DNA of 64,000 bases from Mobula hypostoma. Taxonomy: Eukaryota. Position 1 is the first letter of the stretch, and each line of letters starts with the position of its first letter. The notes under the pieces are model-generated. The model made no database searches and was not told the DNA's origin. It saw only the letters and a program-made list of their open reading frames with translations. Made by a program: the position numbers and the translations under genes. Below, piece after piece: positions 48,693 to 61,472 of the stretch. Location: positions 169,386,001 to 169,450,000 of the forward strand of contig NC_086097.1 in the NCBI RefSeq assembly GCF_963921235.1, in the 5' to 3' direction.

Positions 48693-50836
48693 CTATACAA
48701 TGGGGTGACCCGTTGGGGCACCATTTGAGAGAAGGGCAGTGCAGTCTGATGTGACTAGAATGAACATTAAATTTTCCTGAACGTTATCGGTATTCCTTTG
48801 CTTTGGAAACTGAAGTAGTAAACCTTAGTTTTATTAAAGAAGAACGACACGTAGCAAAGCAAATATAGCTCCTCCTCGTTTAACGAAGAACATTTTTGAT
48901 GGCATCATTTCTGGCTTATCTGCCATCCAGGACATCTCAAATGTCCTCTTTCTTTAAGGATCATGGTTTCCCTTCTGCTGTCATCAATGATGCCCTCACC
49001 CGCATCTCCTCCATTTCCCGCACTTCGGCCCTCACCCCATCCTCCTGTCACCACAACAGGGATAGAGTTCCCCTTGTCCTCACCTACAACCCCACCAGCC
49101 TCCGGATCCAGCACATTATGCTCCGCAACTTCCGCCACCTTCAACAGGACCCCACCACTAAAAACATCTTTCCCTCTCCACCCCTCTCTGCTTTCCACAG
49201 GGATCGTTCCCTCCACAACTCCCTGGTCCACACGTCCCTCTCCATGGATCTCCCACCCGGCACTTATCCCTGTAAGCGTAAGTGCTACACCTGTCCCTAC
49301 ACCTGCTCTCTTACCACCATTCAAGGCCCATAACAGTCCTTCCAGGTGAGGCAGCACTTCACTTGTGAGTCTGTTGGGGTCATCTATTGCATCTGGTGCG
49401 GCCTCCTCTGCATCGGTGAAACCCAACGCAGACTGAGGAACCGCTTCGTCGAGCATCTCCGCTCCATCCGCCACAACAGACAGGATCTCCCGGTTGCCAC
49501 CCACTTCAACTCCGCTTCACATTCCCATTCAGATATGTCCATGCATACCCTCCTCTACTGCCATGATGAAGGTAAACTCAGGTTGGAGGAGCAAAACCTC
49601 ATATACCGTCGGGAAGTCTCCAGCCCCTGGGCATAAATGCTGAATTTTGTAACTTCCGGTAATTCCCTCCCCCTCCCTTCCCCCCAACCCTGTTTCACTC
49701 TGCCCCCTCCCCCAGCTGCCTATCACCTCCCTCATGGTTCCATCTCCTTCTATTACCCATTGTGTTTTCCCCTATTCCTTCTTCACCTTTCCTGCCTATC
49801 CCCTCCCCCACCCTTTTATCTTTCCCCTTATTGGTTTTTCACCTGGCACCTACCAGCCTTCTCCTTCCCACCCTCTCCCCACCTCCTTTATAGGGCCTCT
49901 GTCTCCTCCCTCTTCAGTCCAGACGAAGGGGTCCAGCCCAAAACGTTGACCAATCATTTCCACGGATGCTGCCCAACTTGCTGAGTTCCTCCAGCGTGTT
50001 GTGAGTGTTGTTCTGCCACCCTTGTGCCTCTTATTGTCATTCTGGAGACATGCAGCCCTTTCATCTCTTCAGCTGTTTGTTGTTTGTCTCTGATCCTGGA
50101 TACATGCATGCCTCTCCTCCTCTGTCTCTTCTTTTCTCATTTTTTCTGTCCTGCTTCTTTGATCCTGGAGTCGTGCAGCCCTGGCCTCATCCAGTTCTTG
50201 TTCTCTCCCTCTCTTTGCCGCTTCCCGACAACGTTTGGCGTCATCTCTTGATCACGCGGCATAATTAGGCTATTTTTTTTTACCCTAATGCTGGATAGAA
50301 GATACGAAGCAGTAACACCAAAGGATGCTGATTATTCTTGATGATGTGGTTGGCTCTCTCCTAAATGGATGTGATATAGTCACCGCTGTCCTTTGACTGC
50401 AACAAAGGGTTTGATGGGTGTCTCGAAGTACGTCATTACAGTAAGATTTAATTATCTCTTATTGATGGGTGGCAGTTACATCTGTCCCCATCCTGCACAT
50501 GCTGATGGTGATTAGCAGAATGTGACCACACGAAATAGAGCTGCCCTGCCCTTTGGCTCCAGTAGGTGTTGCTGCTGAAGCTGGCCGTGCGTAAGCGTCG
50601 GGCTGTCGCGTCCCAATTTCTATGATGGCGGATCAGCTCTCGGGCTAAGAGGGAGCCTGTTGATTTTTGCGAATGAGCAATTTTATACAAATATATAACC
50701 CTGAACTTTGCCTGCATTCTGTAAGTTAGCACATTTTAATTCGGTTTAGCCAAAAAAGTGCCGCTGTAATGCACTGTTTGCTCTAATTGAAGGTCACAAA
50801 AAGACAAAGAGCATGAGAGTTTTAGTATTATATAGA
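48693..50836 (-). mobile_element. Non-autonomous Helitron, same family as 21996-23033, interrupted by a PLE
   Basis: Colinear with the first copy; inserted between A and T inside the hAT frame (GFSIL-A|TA-SI); TC start at 50836, hairpin end, terminal CTAG with one substitution. Confidence 0.88.
48929..50011 (+). mobile_element. 5'-truncated PLE (GIY-YIG part plus pLTR with degenerate hammerhead at about 49915-49950)
   Basis: DRVPLVLTYNP, GVIYCIWCGLLCIGETQRRLRNRFVEH; TSD TCTGCCA(T/C)CC at 48919-48928 and 50012-50021; the empty site is visible in the other Helitron near 22218. Confidence 0.92.
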
Positions 50837-52905
50837 TAAGCATAGAAACAAAAAAAACTGAAATTGATTGGATGTCCAACATGACGTGTGTTGCTTCGTC
50901 AAAGACCACTCCACAGTTTAATGTTCTTATTTAAGTGAAGCAACAAGAGCCCTTGATGTCTTTAAAAAGTTTAATTTTTACTTGCCTATATTTTAAATGC
51001 AAAGTATTATTTAATAAAGAAGCATATATATTACTACATCACATATGCGTTTAAAAAAAAAATTGGGTAAGTATTTCAAAATACTTGGTTTCCTTCGTAA
51101 TCCTACATATTTCATTTTATATATTTAAATACATGATTCTGAGATGGGGTCCATAGGCTTCACCAGACTGACAAAAGGGGTCCATGGCATAAAAAAAATG
51201 AAGAACCCCTGATATAGATCATTAATATAGTTAAATAATGGACCCAGTGTAGATCCCTGTGGAATACCACTCGTCACAGGCCTACAGACAGAAAGAGAAT
51301 CATCTACTATGATTGTCTTCTCCTGCTAAGCCCAATGCTGAGTCCAATTTACAACTTCATCTTGCATGCCAAGCAACTGAACCTCTGACTCACCTCCAAC
51401 ATGGGCACTTCACAGACCTTGCTAAAGTCCATGTAGACAACATCCAGTCTTTCATCAACCTTCCTCGTAACCTCCTCAACAAATTCTATACAGTTGGTTA
51501 GACGTGAATTACCATGCACAAAACCATTATCCCTAATCAGCTCGCTAACACTGAATCACAGTGGATTTTATTTAGCTTTTTTTTTCCCCCAACACTGATC
51601 AACAGAAAAAGACAAAGTGAAAACAAATCTCTACAAAGTGATCTAAATTAATTACAAATATAAAACATAAAATAATTGACTGCATAAATAGTCACCCCTT
51701 CCAAGTCAGTATTTAGTAGATGCACCTTTGACAGCACTTACAGCCTTGAGTCTGTGTGGATAGATCTCTATCAGCTTTGCACATCTGGACACTGCAATTT
51801 TCCCCCATCCTTCTTTACAAAACTGCTCAAGCTCTGTCAGATTACACGGTGATCATGAGTGAACAGCCCTTTTCAAGTCTCACAAATTCTCAATTGGATT
51901 GAGGTCTGGACTGACTTAGTTACTCCAGGATATTAACTTTGTTGTTATTTAAGCATTCCTGTGTAGCTTCAGTTTTATGATTGGGGTCATTGTCTTGCTC
52001 GAAAACAAATCTTCTCCCAAGTCGCAGTTCTCTTGCAGACTGCATCAGGTTTTCCTCCAGGATTGCCCTGTTATTTTGCTGCATTCATTTTACCCTCTAC
52101 CTTCACAAGCCTTCCAGAGTCTTCTGCAGCGAAGCATCCCCACAGCATGATGCAGCCACTGCCACGCTTCATGGTAGGGATAGTGAGTTTTCGATGATGT
52201 GTGTTGTTTGGTTTCTGCCAAACATAGCGTTTAGACTGATGACCAAAAAGCTCAATGGTTTCATCAGACCATAGAACCTCCTTCCAGCTGACTTCAGAAT
52301 CTCCCACATGCCTTCGGGAAAACTAGAAGAAATTTCATGTTTTTTTTCTCCCAACAGTGGCCTTCTCCCATAAAGCTGCAACTGGTGAAGCACCCTCAGG
52401 CAACAGTTGTTGCATGCACAGTCTCTCCCATCTCAGCCACTGAAGCTTGCAACTCCTCCAGTTGTCTTGGGTCTTTTGGTAGCTTCCTTCACTCATCCCA
52501 TTCCTGCATGGTCACTCAGTCTTTGAGGACAGCCTGATTTTGGCAGATTTACAGCTATTTCCTGATGATTGACTTAACCGTACTCCAAGGGATATTTAAT
52601 GACTTGGAAATTTTCTTGCATCCATCTCCTGACTTGTGCTATTCAATATTTTTTTTTGTGGAGTTGCTTGTTCTTTTGTCTTCAGGATGTAGTTTTTGCC
52701 ATGACTCACCAGCAGCTGGACCTTCCAGATACAGTCATACTATAATCAATTCAAGCAAGTTGGCTGCACGTCTCCAAAGATAGATTTCCATTTAACTAAT
52801 TATGTGATTTCTAAAACCAATTAGCTGCACCAGTGATGACTTGGTATGTCATAATAAAGGGGGCTGAATACTAATACAATCAAATATTTTGTTTTTTATA
52901 TTCTA

Positions 52906-55753
52906 CAAACCCCATTTCCAGAAAAGTTGGGATATTTTCCAAAATGCAATAAAAACAAAAATCTGTGATATATTAATTCACGTGAACCTTTATTTAACTG
53001 ACAAAAGTACAAAGAAAAAATTTCCAATAGTTTTACTGACCAACTGAATTGTATTTTGTAAATATACACAAATTTAAAATTTGATGGCTGCAACACACTC
53101 AAAAGTTGGGACAGAGGCATGTTTACCATTGTGTTACATCACCTCTCTTTTTAATAACACTCTTTAATCGTTTTGGAACTGAGGATACTAATTGTAGTAG
53201 ATCAGCAATGGAAATTTTGTCCATTCTTGCTTGATATAAGACTTCAGCTGCTCAACAGTCCGTGGTCTCCGTTGTCTGATTCTCCTCTTCATGATGCGCC
53301 ATACATTTTCAATAGGAGATAGATCTGGACTGGCAGCAGGCCAGTCAAGCACACGCACTCTGTGTCTACAAAGCCATGCTGTTGTAGCCCGTGCAGAATG
53401 TGGTCTGGCATTGTCCTGCTGAAATAAGCATGGTCGTCCCGGGAAGAGACGTCGCCTTGATGACAACATATGTCTCTCTAAAATCTTAATGTACACCTCA
53501 GAGTCGTACCTTCACATACATGCAACTCACTCATGCTGTGGGCACTCATGCACCCCCATACTATCACAGATGCTGGCTTTTGCACCTTTCGCTGATAACA
53601 ATCTGGATGGTCGTTTTCATCTTTGGCACAGAGAACTCGACGCTTTTTTCCCCAAAAATTAGCTGAAATGTGGACTCATCTGACCACAGCGCACGGTTCC
53701 ACAGTCTTTCGGTCCATTCTGAGATGAGCTCGGGCCCGGAGAACTCGCCAGCGTTTCTGCATAGAGTTGATGTATGGCTTCCTCCTTGCGTAATACAGTT
53801 TCAAGTTACATTTCTGGATGCAGCGACGGACTGTGTTGAGTGACAATGGTTTTCCGAAGTACTCCCGAGCCCAGGTGGCGATAATTGTCACGGTAGCATG
53901 ACGGTTTCTTAGGCAGTGCCGCCTAAGGGCTCGAAGATCACGCGCATTCAACAGTGGTTTCCGACCTTGCCCTTTACGCACGGAGATGTCTCTGAATTCA
54001 AAAGTCAAAAGTCTTTCAAAAGTCGATAGATTCTAGCATGGTTCCGGAGGACTGGAAGATTGCAAATGTCACTCCGCTATTTAAGAAGGGGGCAAGGAAG
54101 CAAAAAGGAAATTATAGACCTGTTAGCTTGACATCGGTGGTTCGGAAGTTGTTGTAGTCGATTGTCAAGGGTGAGGTTACAGAGTACCTGGAGGCATATG
54201 ACAAGATAGGCAGAACTCAGCATGGATTCCTTCAAGGAAAATCCTGCCTGACAAACCTATTACAATTTTTTGAGGAAATTACCAGTCGGCTAGACAAGGG
54301 AGATGTAGTGGATGTTGTATATTTGGATTTTCAGAAGGCCTTTGACAAGGTGCCACACATGAGGCTACTTAACAAGATAAGAGCCCATGGAATTACAGGA
54401 TAGTTACATACATGGATAGAGCGTTGGCTGATTGGCAGGAAACAGAGAGTGGGAATAAAGGGATCCTATTCTGGTTGGCTGCCAGTTACCAGTGATGTTC
54501 CACAGGGGTCCATGTTGGGGCCACTTCTTTTTACATTGTACATCAATGATTTGAATTATGGAATAGATGGCTTTGTGGCTAAGTTTGCTGACGATATGAA
54601 GATAGGTGGAGGGGCCGGTAGTGCTGAGGAAACGGAGAGCCTGCAGAGAGACTTGGATAGATTGGAAGAATGGGCAAAGAAGTGGCAAATGAAGTACAAT
54701 GTTGGAAAGTGTATGGTAATGCACTTTGGCAGAAAAAATAAACGGGCAGACTATTATTTAAATGGGGAAAGAATTCAAAGTTCTGAGATATAACGGGACT
54801 TGGGAGTCCTCGTACAGGATACCCTTAAAGTTAACCTCCAGGTTGAGTCAGTAGTGAAGAAGGCAAATGCAATCTTGGCATTCATTTCTAGAGGAATAGA
54901 GTATAGGAGCAGGGATGTGATGTTCCCATGATGGGGGAGTCTAGAACGAGAAGGCATGACTTAAGGATTGAAGGGCGCCCATTCAGAACAGAAATGTGAA
55001 GCAAGTTTTTTTGTCAGAGGGTGGTGAATCGATGGAATTTGTTGCCACGGGCAGCAGTGGAGGCCAAGTCATTGGGTGTATTTAAGGCAGAGATTGATAG
55101 GTATCTGAGTAGGCAGGGCATCAAAGGTTATGGTGAGAAGGCGGGGGAGTGGGACTAAATGGGAGAATGGATCAGCTCATGATAAAATGGCAGAGCAGAC
55201 TCGATGGGGCGAATGGCCGACTTCTGCTCCTTTGTCTTATGGTCTTAATTCTCTGAATCTTTTCACAATATTATGTACTATAGATGTTGAAAGACCTAAA
55301 TTCTCTGCAATTTTGCGTTGAGAAACGTTCCTTTTGAACTGAGTAACAATTCCCTCACGAATTTTGGCACAAAGGAGTGAGCCACGACCCATCCTTGCTT
55401 GCAAAGACTGAGCCTTTGATGGCCGCTACTTTTATACCCAGTCATGATATCTCACCTGCTACCAACTAGCCTGCTTAATGTGGAGTCTTCCAAACCAGTG
55501 TTACTTGAATATTCTGTGCACTTTTCAATCTTATTTTAACTCTGTCCCAACTTCTGTTGAGTGTGTTGCAGCTATCAAATTCTAAATTTGTGTATATTTA
55601 CAAAATACAATTAAGTTGGTCAGTAAAACTATTGAAAATCTTTTCTTTGTACTTTTGTCAGTTAAGTAAAGGTTCACGTGAATTAACATATCACAGATTT
55701 TTGTTTTTATTGCATTTTGGAAAATATCCCAACTTTTCTGGAAATGGGGTTTG
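52906..55753 (-). mobile_element. Younger Tc1 transposon with near-identical TIRs of about 200 bp, interrupted by a CR1
   Basis: TA|CAAACCCCATTTCCAGAAAAGTTGGG at both ends; GQGRKPLL, FQQDNARPH, WPAASPDLSPIENVW. Confidence 0.94.
54000..55246 (+). mobile_element. 5'-truncated CR1 with an internal deletion, inside the Tc1 transposase
   Basis: WKIANVTPLFKKG, FQKAFDKV, VPQGSMLGP, KFADD; tail tttgtcttatggtctt. Confidence 0.92.
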
Positions 55754-56754
55754 TAATTAATTTAGATCACTTTGTCTATATCTGCTTTCACTTTGACACT
55801 AAAGAGTTTCTTTCTGTTGGTCAGTGTCAAAAAAAAAACCCAAACTAAAGGTACTGTGATTCAATGCTATAAAAACAATAAAACATGAAAACTTCCAGGG
55901 GGTGGGGGGGGGGGGATGAATACTTTTTATAGGCACTGTATCCTGTAGAATACTTTCCAATAATTATCGGCTCACTGGCCTACAAATTTCCCAGCTTATT
56001 CTTAGAGCTTTTCTTAAGCAGCAAAACAAAATCTTCAATCCTCCAGTCTCTGGACCTCACCTGTGGCTAACTATGTTTAAATATCTCTGCCAGAGCCCCT
56101 GCAATTTCTTCACAAGCCTCCCACAAAATCAGAGGGGACAACTTTTCAGGACCTGGGATTTATCCACACTAATTTGACTCAAAACAGAAGCACCTCCTCT
56201 TCTGTAATCCAGATGTTGCCACTACTCTTATCTCAGTTGTATAGACCCTGTGTCTGTCTCCCAAGTAAAAACAGTAAAAAAAAACTTGTTCAAGATCTCC
56301 CAAATTGACTGGCAGGTAGGTAACTGCACTAAGTGGGGCTCTCAAAATGGCAAACAGTGACTAGCTGGGTAAGTAAGGAATTCATGCTTGGGTTCAGTGA
56401 TTTACAACAATGGTTTGATGAGGGCAATTACACAATAGAGTGCAATCCTGATATCTTCATACTGTTCCTCTGAGTAGATACTGATGGGCTCTCTATCCAT
56501 GAGAAGATCAGTTTGATTCTTATCACCCCGTAGGTTGGAGCTTTGGGCGTTTCGACTGTAGATGCCCTTGTCAGGACTGAAAAACTCATGCACTCCATGG
56601 TTATCAACAGGGTTAAGACTTTCGCATTTTTAGTACCAACTATCTGCTGTTCTGGTCACTTTTTTAATGTTAGACCAAAGTCTTCAAGTCCTAACTTGTT
56701 CTTAAGGGCATCAACAACTGAGTTTACATGAAAAAGAACAACAATCTTGCAAAC

Positions 56755-56819
56755 CTGAATAAACTTGTGCTCTTCCTCAAATTCTTCCTGATCTTCTTCA
56801 ATTAATGCAGCAGCTCTGT
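56755..56819 (-). CDS. CEP192: CEP192 exon (DRAAALIEEDQEEFEEEHKFIQ), Aurora-A binding helix
   Basis: Acceptor gttttctacag|AC, donor CAG|gtttgc; 65 bp, phase 1 to 0. Resembles remembered human LIAQDEEEFNKEHQFIQ. Confidence 0.95.
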
Positions 56820-56901
56820 CTGTAGAAAACACCGAAATTAAATCATAACAATCTTTTCAAAAGTAATTCTTTAAAGGTATTTTAATTGACAAAAATCTTA
56901 C

Positions 56902-57051
56902 CACCACTTATAAATTCTTCTTCTTTAATACTATTAGCCAGATCAGTCGGAAGATTGAACTGACTCTGCTCTTGATCCAGTGAATGATAATAAGCTAGAT
57001 CAGTCATCCAGCACCCTCCTTCATTTTGGTCAACCACACCAGATTTCATCT
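56902..57051 (-). CDS. CEP192: CEP192 exon (EMKSGVVDQNEGGCWMTDLAYYHSL...EEEFISG), first part of the Aurora-A binding region
   Basis: Acceptor ttttttcttttacag|AG, donor GTG|gtaaga; 150 bp, phase 1 to 1. Resembles remembered human VVYQNEEGRWVTDLAYY. Confidence 0.95.
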
Positions 57052-57311
57052 CTGTAAAAGAAAAAAGTATCCATTGTGTTTTTACTATTCTCCTTTCTTG
57101 GATTTATATTACAACTTTATATTACAATTCTTGATAAGAACAATCTTCTTTGACTAACTCTTCAACCTCAATAATTGACAGAAATAAGTGGATTGGACAG
57201 TCTCCTCACTTGATATGATCACACATGATTATTGGATCTTATCAGAAGCCATAGCCTTGATCTTCAGTTCCAGTTGTAAAAGATCTGTTCATGCTTTTAC
57301 AACTTACTAAA

Positions 57312-58130
57312 TTTAGTTCAAGTTTAATTATCATTCAACCACACGTAAAGATCAATTAATATAGTCAAATGAAACAGCATTCATCCAGGATCAAAAGTAC
57401 AAAACACATCATCAATAGTCATACATAGCACAAGGCATAGATAGCCCATATAAGATAACAAGAAAACAGTCACACAAAAAAAATAGCCCAAGTCCCCAAA
57501 TGACATGTCCTGTAAACAGATGGTGCATGGGTGTTATCAGCAAGAACAAGCAGTTCTCAGCAGTCCGCAGATGAACGTACACACGCACACAATCCAGCTT
57601 GTCCTTCCACCGATCAAGCACTGGATGGCAGTGCTGACAGGAGGGGCCACCCAAGACCCTGCATCAACACCACGCTACACCACCTCCAGCGTTTCCTCTC
57701 CTGGACTGATACAACAGGCAAGCATGTGGCTTGAGGCCTCGTCCTTGCTACAACCAAAGCCACACAGCTCCCCAGCATCTTGTCTTGCCTATAAACAAAG
57801 GAAAAAAACTTGCTATATTTTACATTACCAACATCCAACAGGACCTTGCGATTGCAAAAGGTATGTCCAAAACAGTCAGTCACTGTTAGACTGCCTACTG
57901 CTTTCGCACACCGACTCTGATGCCTTGCTGTAAAAGGCAATAAAGTTCCACACCAAGTCCAGCTCTTTCAGCTACTCTGCTAACAAGCAGCTCTCTGATG
58001 GAGTAGACCTCCAGTACCTGATGTTCCTAACGTCCAGTATTTTCTTGCGGTCATAAAAAGATTTAAAAAAAGACAAGACCACCTTTGCTTGGCTCCCAAG
58101 AGGCCACTGCGTCTGAACACACTACCATCA
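57312..58130 (-). mobile_element. Probable non-autonomous retroposon of unknown family
   Basis: Minus-strand tail gaatgataattaaacttgaact resembles LINE tails; more GC-rich body with no recognisable ORF. Confidence 0.4.
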
Positions 58131-58231
58131 TACCGAAGTCTTATATCCGATAGTATGAATTTCAACTGTCCACGGTAATTTTTATGTAGCACTTAATGTG
58201 CTTTCTGGAAATCTTCGGTCTTGCAGATCTT

Positions 58232-58528
58232 CACGACTTCAGGATTGAAGGACATCCATTTCAAACAGAGATGCAGAGAAACTACTTTAGTCAGAGGGTG
58301 GTAAACCTGTGGAATTTGCTGCCACAAGCAGCTGTGGAGGCCAAGTCACTGGGTGCATTTAAGGCAGAGATAGATAGGTTCTTGATTAGCCAGGGCATCA
58401 AAGGGTATGGGGAGAAGGCAGGGGAGTGGGGATGACTGGAAAAATTGGATCAGCCCATGACTGAATGGCGCAGCAGATTCAATGGGGCGAATGGCCTACT
58501 TCTGGCTCCTATATCTTATGGTCTTATC
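58232..58528 (+). mobile_element. CR1 3' end fragment, same subfamily as 1026-2120
   Basis: HDFRIEGHPFQTEMQRNYFSQRVVNLWN; tail tcttatggtcttat. Confidence 0.9.
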
Positions 58529-59095
58529 TCTTTTACTTTAAAGGGAGTTTGAAAGGAGCATGAATAGAGTTTTAAGAAACTCTTTTGATGCCAAGGGTAA
58601 ATGAAGTGTCCTCTGGTTGAATATAGCATTTCTCAGTAATCTGTAATAGGACTTCTGCTTTGCATCCAATGTATAAAATTATTCCTTTGCGTAATACATA
58701 AAAGAACATTAACTGTCAGTATGCAATTAACAAATAGGAGCCATGAAGTTCAGAAGATAGAGCCAGAAAACTACACATGAGCACATACATGATAAAACTG
58801 TAAGGCTAGAAGCCAAAAAGATTAATATATAAAAATTATTAAAAGCTGGAGCATACTTATATGTGCCATTTAAAAACTGTGGTACCAGCTACAGGCAAAA
58901 TGTGTTTTTACTACATCATCCTCCAAATGCAACATTCACAGACCAAAAACTTTGAGGTGGTTAGGGTAAATCTGTCAGAATATTGTCAGCTACAAACATA
59001 ATTTTATCTATAGCAAAAAGCACAGAAGAATAAACAAACAACTGGCAGCTACAGTTGAGGCCACATTCTCTGGAAACAACAATTGCAATTAATAC

Positions 59096-59492
59096 CTTTG
59101 CTATTATGTGTTTGGGAGCATCCAGTGCTGTATTCAGCTTTCTGCTGGTTGAGAAATAAGTTACTTTTTGAGGAATCTTGCCACATCCCTTCTGTGCTTT
59201 CATCTGGATACACAGGGGATAAGTAAACAGCTGCCAGAGGTGGGCCTGAAACTCCAGTCAAGGTCTGGTCAGCATCATCACTTTCTGTAACATTTGTCTG
59301 TTCTACTGCTGCACCCCCACAAGGTCCATCTCTAAGACCCAAGCTGTTGTCACAACTTGGTGAGCAGATGATCTGTGATACATGAAGTGGTGTGGAAAGT
59401 GACTGGTCAGGTGCGGTAGTATTACCACCGCCAGAACAAAAATATACAGAATCCAGCTTCATTCCATCATTCAAACCAGAATCAAGAGTATC
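59096..59492 (-). CDS. CEP192: CEP192 exon (DTLDSGLNDGMKLDSVYF...SQTHNSK)
   Basis: Acceptor tgtgttctacag|GAT (phase 0), donor AAAG|gtatta (phase 1); 397 bp open. Confidence 0.88.
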
Positions 59493-59759
59493 CTGTAGAA
59501 CACAATAGATAGCTGTTATTGGTACAAGATAAATATTTGAATCATAATTAAATTATGAAATGCCAAATATCCCAGACCTTGCAGCAAATAAGACAATCAA
59601 TTGGACACACTAAAGACTTCCTAACTCTAAAGAGCAAAATCAAGGTTACCGCAATGTTACTTCATTGATCAAAATCATGTTTACCATCACTGGCATACAT
59701 CATGAAATTATTTTTTTTTGCACCAGAACTACAGTGTAATACATAGAAAACTATAACAA

Positions 59760-60240
59760 ATGCAAGTATTCACCCCCTTGAAAGTTTTCATGTTTTATTG
59801 TTTTACAACATTGAATCATGGATTTAATTTGCTTTTTTTTTGACACTGATCAACAGAAAAAGAGTTTAATGGCCAAGTGAAAACAGATCTCTACAAAGTG
59901 ATCCAAATAAACTACAAACATAAAAACACAAAATAATTCATTGCAGAAGTATTCACCCTCTTTAATATGACACACCAAATTATCACTGGTGCAGCTAACT
60001 GGTTTTAGAAGTCACATAATTAGTTAAAAGGAGATCGGTTTTTGAAGATCTGTGTGCAGTCAGGGTGTTTCAATTGATTGTAATAAAAGTACACCTCCAT
60101 CTGGAAAGTCCAACTGCTGGTGAGTCAGTATCCTGGCAAGAACTGCACCATGAGGACAAAAGAACACAACAAACTCTGTGTAAGGGTTATTGAGAAGCAC
60201 AGTCAGGAGATGGATACAAGAAAATTTCCAAGTCACTGCA
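59760..60240 (+). mobile_element. Tc1 5' fragment, family of 24412-25839
   Basis: IR/DR sequence aagtattcacccc twice; MRTKEH... transposase start. Confidence 0.82.
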
Positions 60241-60353
60241 GAGAAAATGCAGTTGATCTTTTGGATCACTTCAATGGTGTAATGGTGTTACATTGTTTGA
60301 CAAATTGAGAACTTCTAATAGGGAATATGTGAGTTGCAAATCAGAGGTTGGAA

Positions 60354-60419
60354 ACACACACACACACACGCATATATACACATACATACACAACACACAT
60401 ATGTATACACACATACACA
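60354..60419 (+). repeat. Imperfect (CA)n/(CATA)n microsatellite
   Basis: Visible directly. Confidence 0.9.
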
Positions 60420-60521
60420 AATACTTCTTGCAATGCAGAATCTTGAAGGTAGCTTTAAGAGGAGAAGTGAGCAAGTAAAATAAACGTAAGTAAACTTACA
60501 AAGAACACAACATACAATCAA

Positions 60522-61012
60522 TTTAATAGGTACACCTGCTTACTCATGCAAATATCTAGTCAGCCAATCATGTGACAGTAGTTCAATGCATAAAAAAAAT
60601 GTAGACACTGTCAAGAGGTTCAGTGGTTGTTCAAACCAAACATCAGAATGAGGAAGGAATGTGATCCAAGTGATTCTGACTGTGGGATGATTATTGGTGC
60701 CAAACAGGGTAATCTGAGTATCTCAGAAACTGCTGATCTTCAGAGATTTTCACATACAAGTCTCCAGAGAATAGTGAGAAAAACAAAACACACTTAGTGA
60801 GTGGCAGTTCTGTGGGCAAAAACATCTTGTTAATGACAGGTCAGAGGAGAATGGCCTGACTGGTTCAAGCTGACAGGATGGTGACAATGCATTACAACAG
60901 TGGTGTGCAGGAGTGCATCTCTGAATGCACAACACATCAAACCTTGAAATGGATGGGCTGCAGCAGCAGAAGCAACAAACGTACACTCAGCGGCCACTTT
61001 ATTAGGTGCAGG
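60522..61012 (+). mobile_element. Tc1-like non-autonomous remnant
   Basis: ttaataggtacacct and cactttattaggt terminal-type motifs; ISETADL HTH remnant. Confidence 0.6.
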
Positions 61013-61472
61013 AGGTAAAAAGTATAAATAAAATTTAGAACACATTTGGATAACTTTGTGAATGTTGTAAGTATCAGTGATAAAATGCTGAAACTGAAAA
61101 CTGCAGCTCAAGAATTGTGTAACCAAAAACATAACCATAAAATAATATCACATAATGCCATGAGGATATTCACAGTCTGAAAAAAAATGCATGCTCCTCC
61201 CTCAGTATGGTGCCTTTGCAGTTGCTTAATAAAATTTCTCACTATTCTGCACGACTACTATTGGAGAAGCTGACTGCTACTCCAGGAAAACTGGTCATGA
61301 TTTCCATTGCCCATTTAACTTAAACAAACTTGGGCATAAAAATTAAAAGATGCAGAAAGGTATGGTTCTACAAATTGTGATGATTCCAAACCAACTGATC
61401 AGCATAATTCAACTCATCAGATGCAACATAAAGCTTTGCAAATAAGGGAGAATAGTAACCTTATTTTCCTAC

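Larger units (their letters stand above)
46374..51211 (+). mobile_element. hAT (Charlie/Buster, SCAND3/ZBED-like) transposon with degraded transposase
   Basis: Termini CAGGGTTCT / AAGAACCCCTG; degenerate 8-bp TSD ATCTAAAT / ATATAGAT; MNPAKLKEHF, QLDETT, STDGAP, YLADIF, IPFATTYLCELGFS. Confidence 0.9.
51547..55938 (-). mobile_element. Tc1 transposon, same family as 24412-25839, left end truncated, interrupted by a second Tc1
   Basis: Right end TTTTTATAGGCACTG|TA; WKEVLWSDETIELFG, GSGCIMLWGCF. Confidence 0.88.
45530..56310 (-). mobile_element. Old CR1 copy split into about 45530-46373, 51212-51546 and 55939-56310 by DNA transposons
   Basis: Minus CVQF, WNLMQT, ISKFVGDTK; GIPQGSTLGP and VYMDFSK after the hAT; further upstream RT sequence after the Tc1. 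Confidence 0.7.

Noticed and set aside
56543..56582. Further hammerhead-like motif on minus (cagtcCTGACAA...GAAACGCC)
   Set aside because: Core and stems are too degenerate to call; at most an old PLE remnant.
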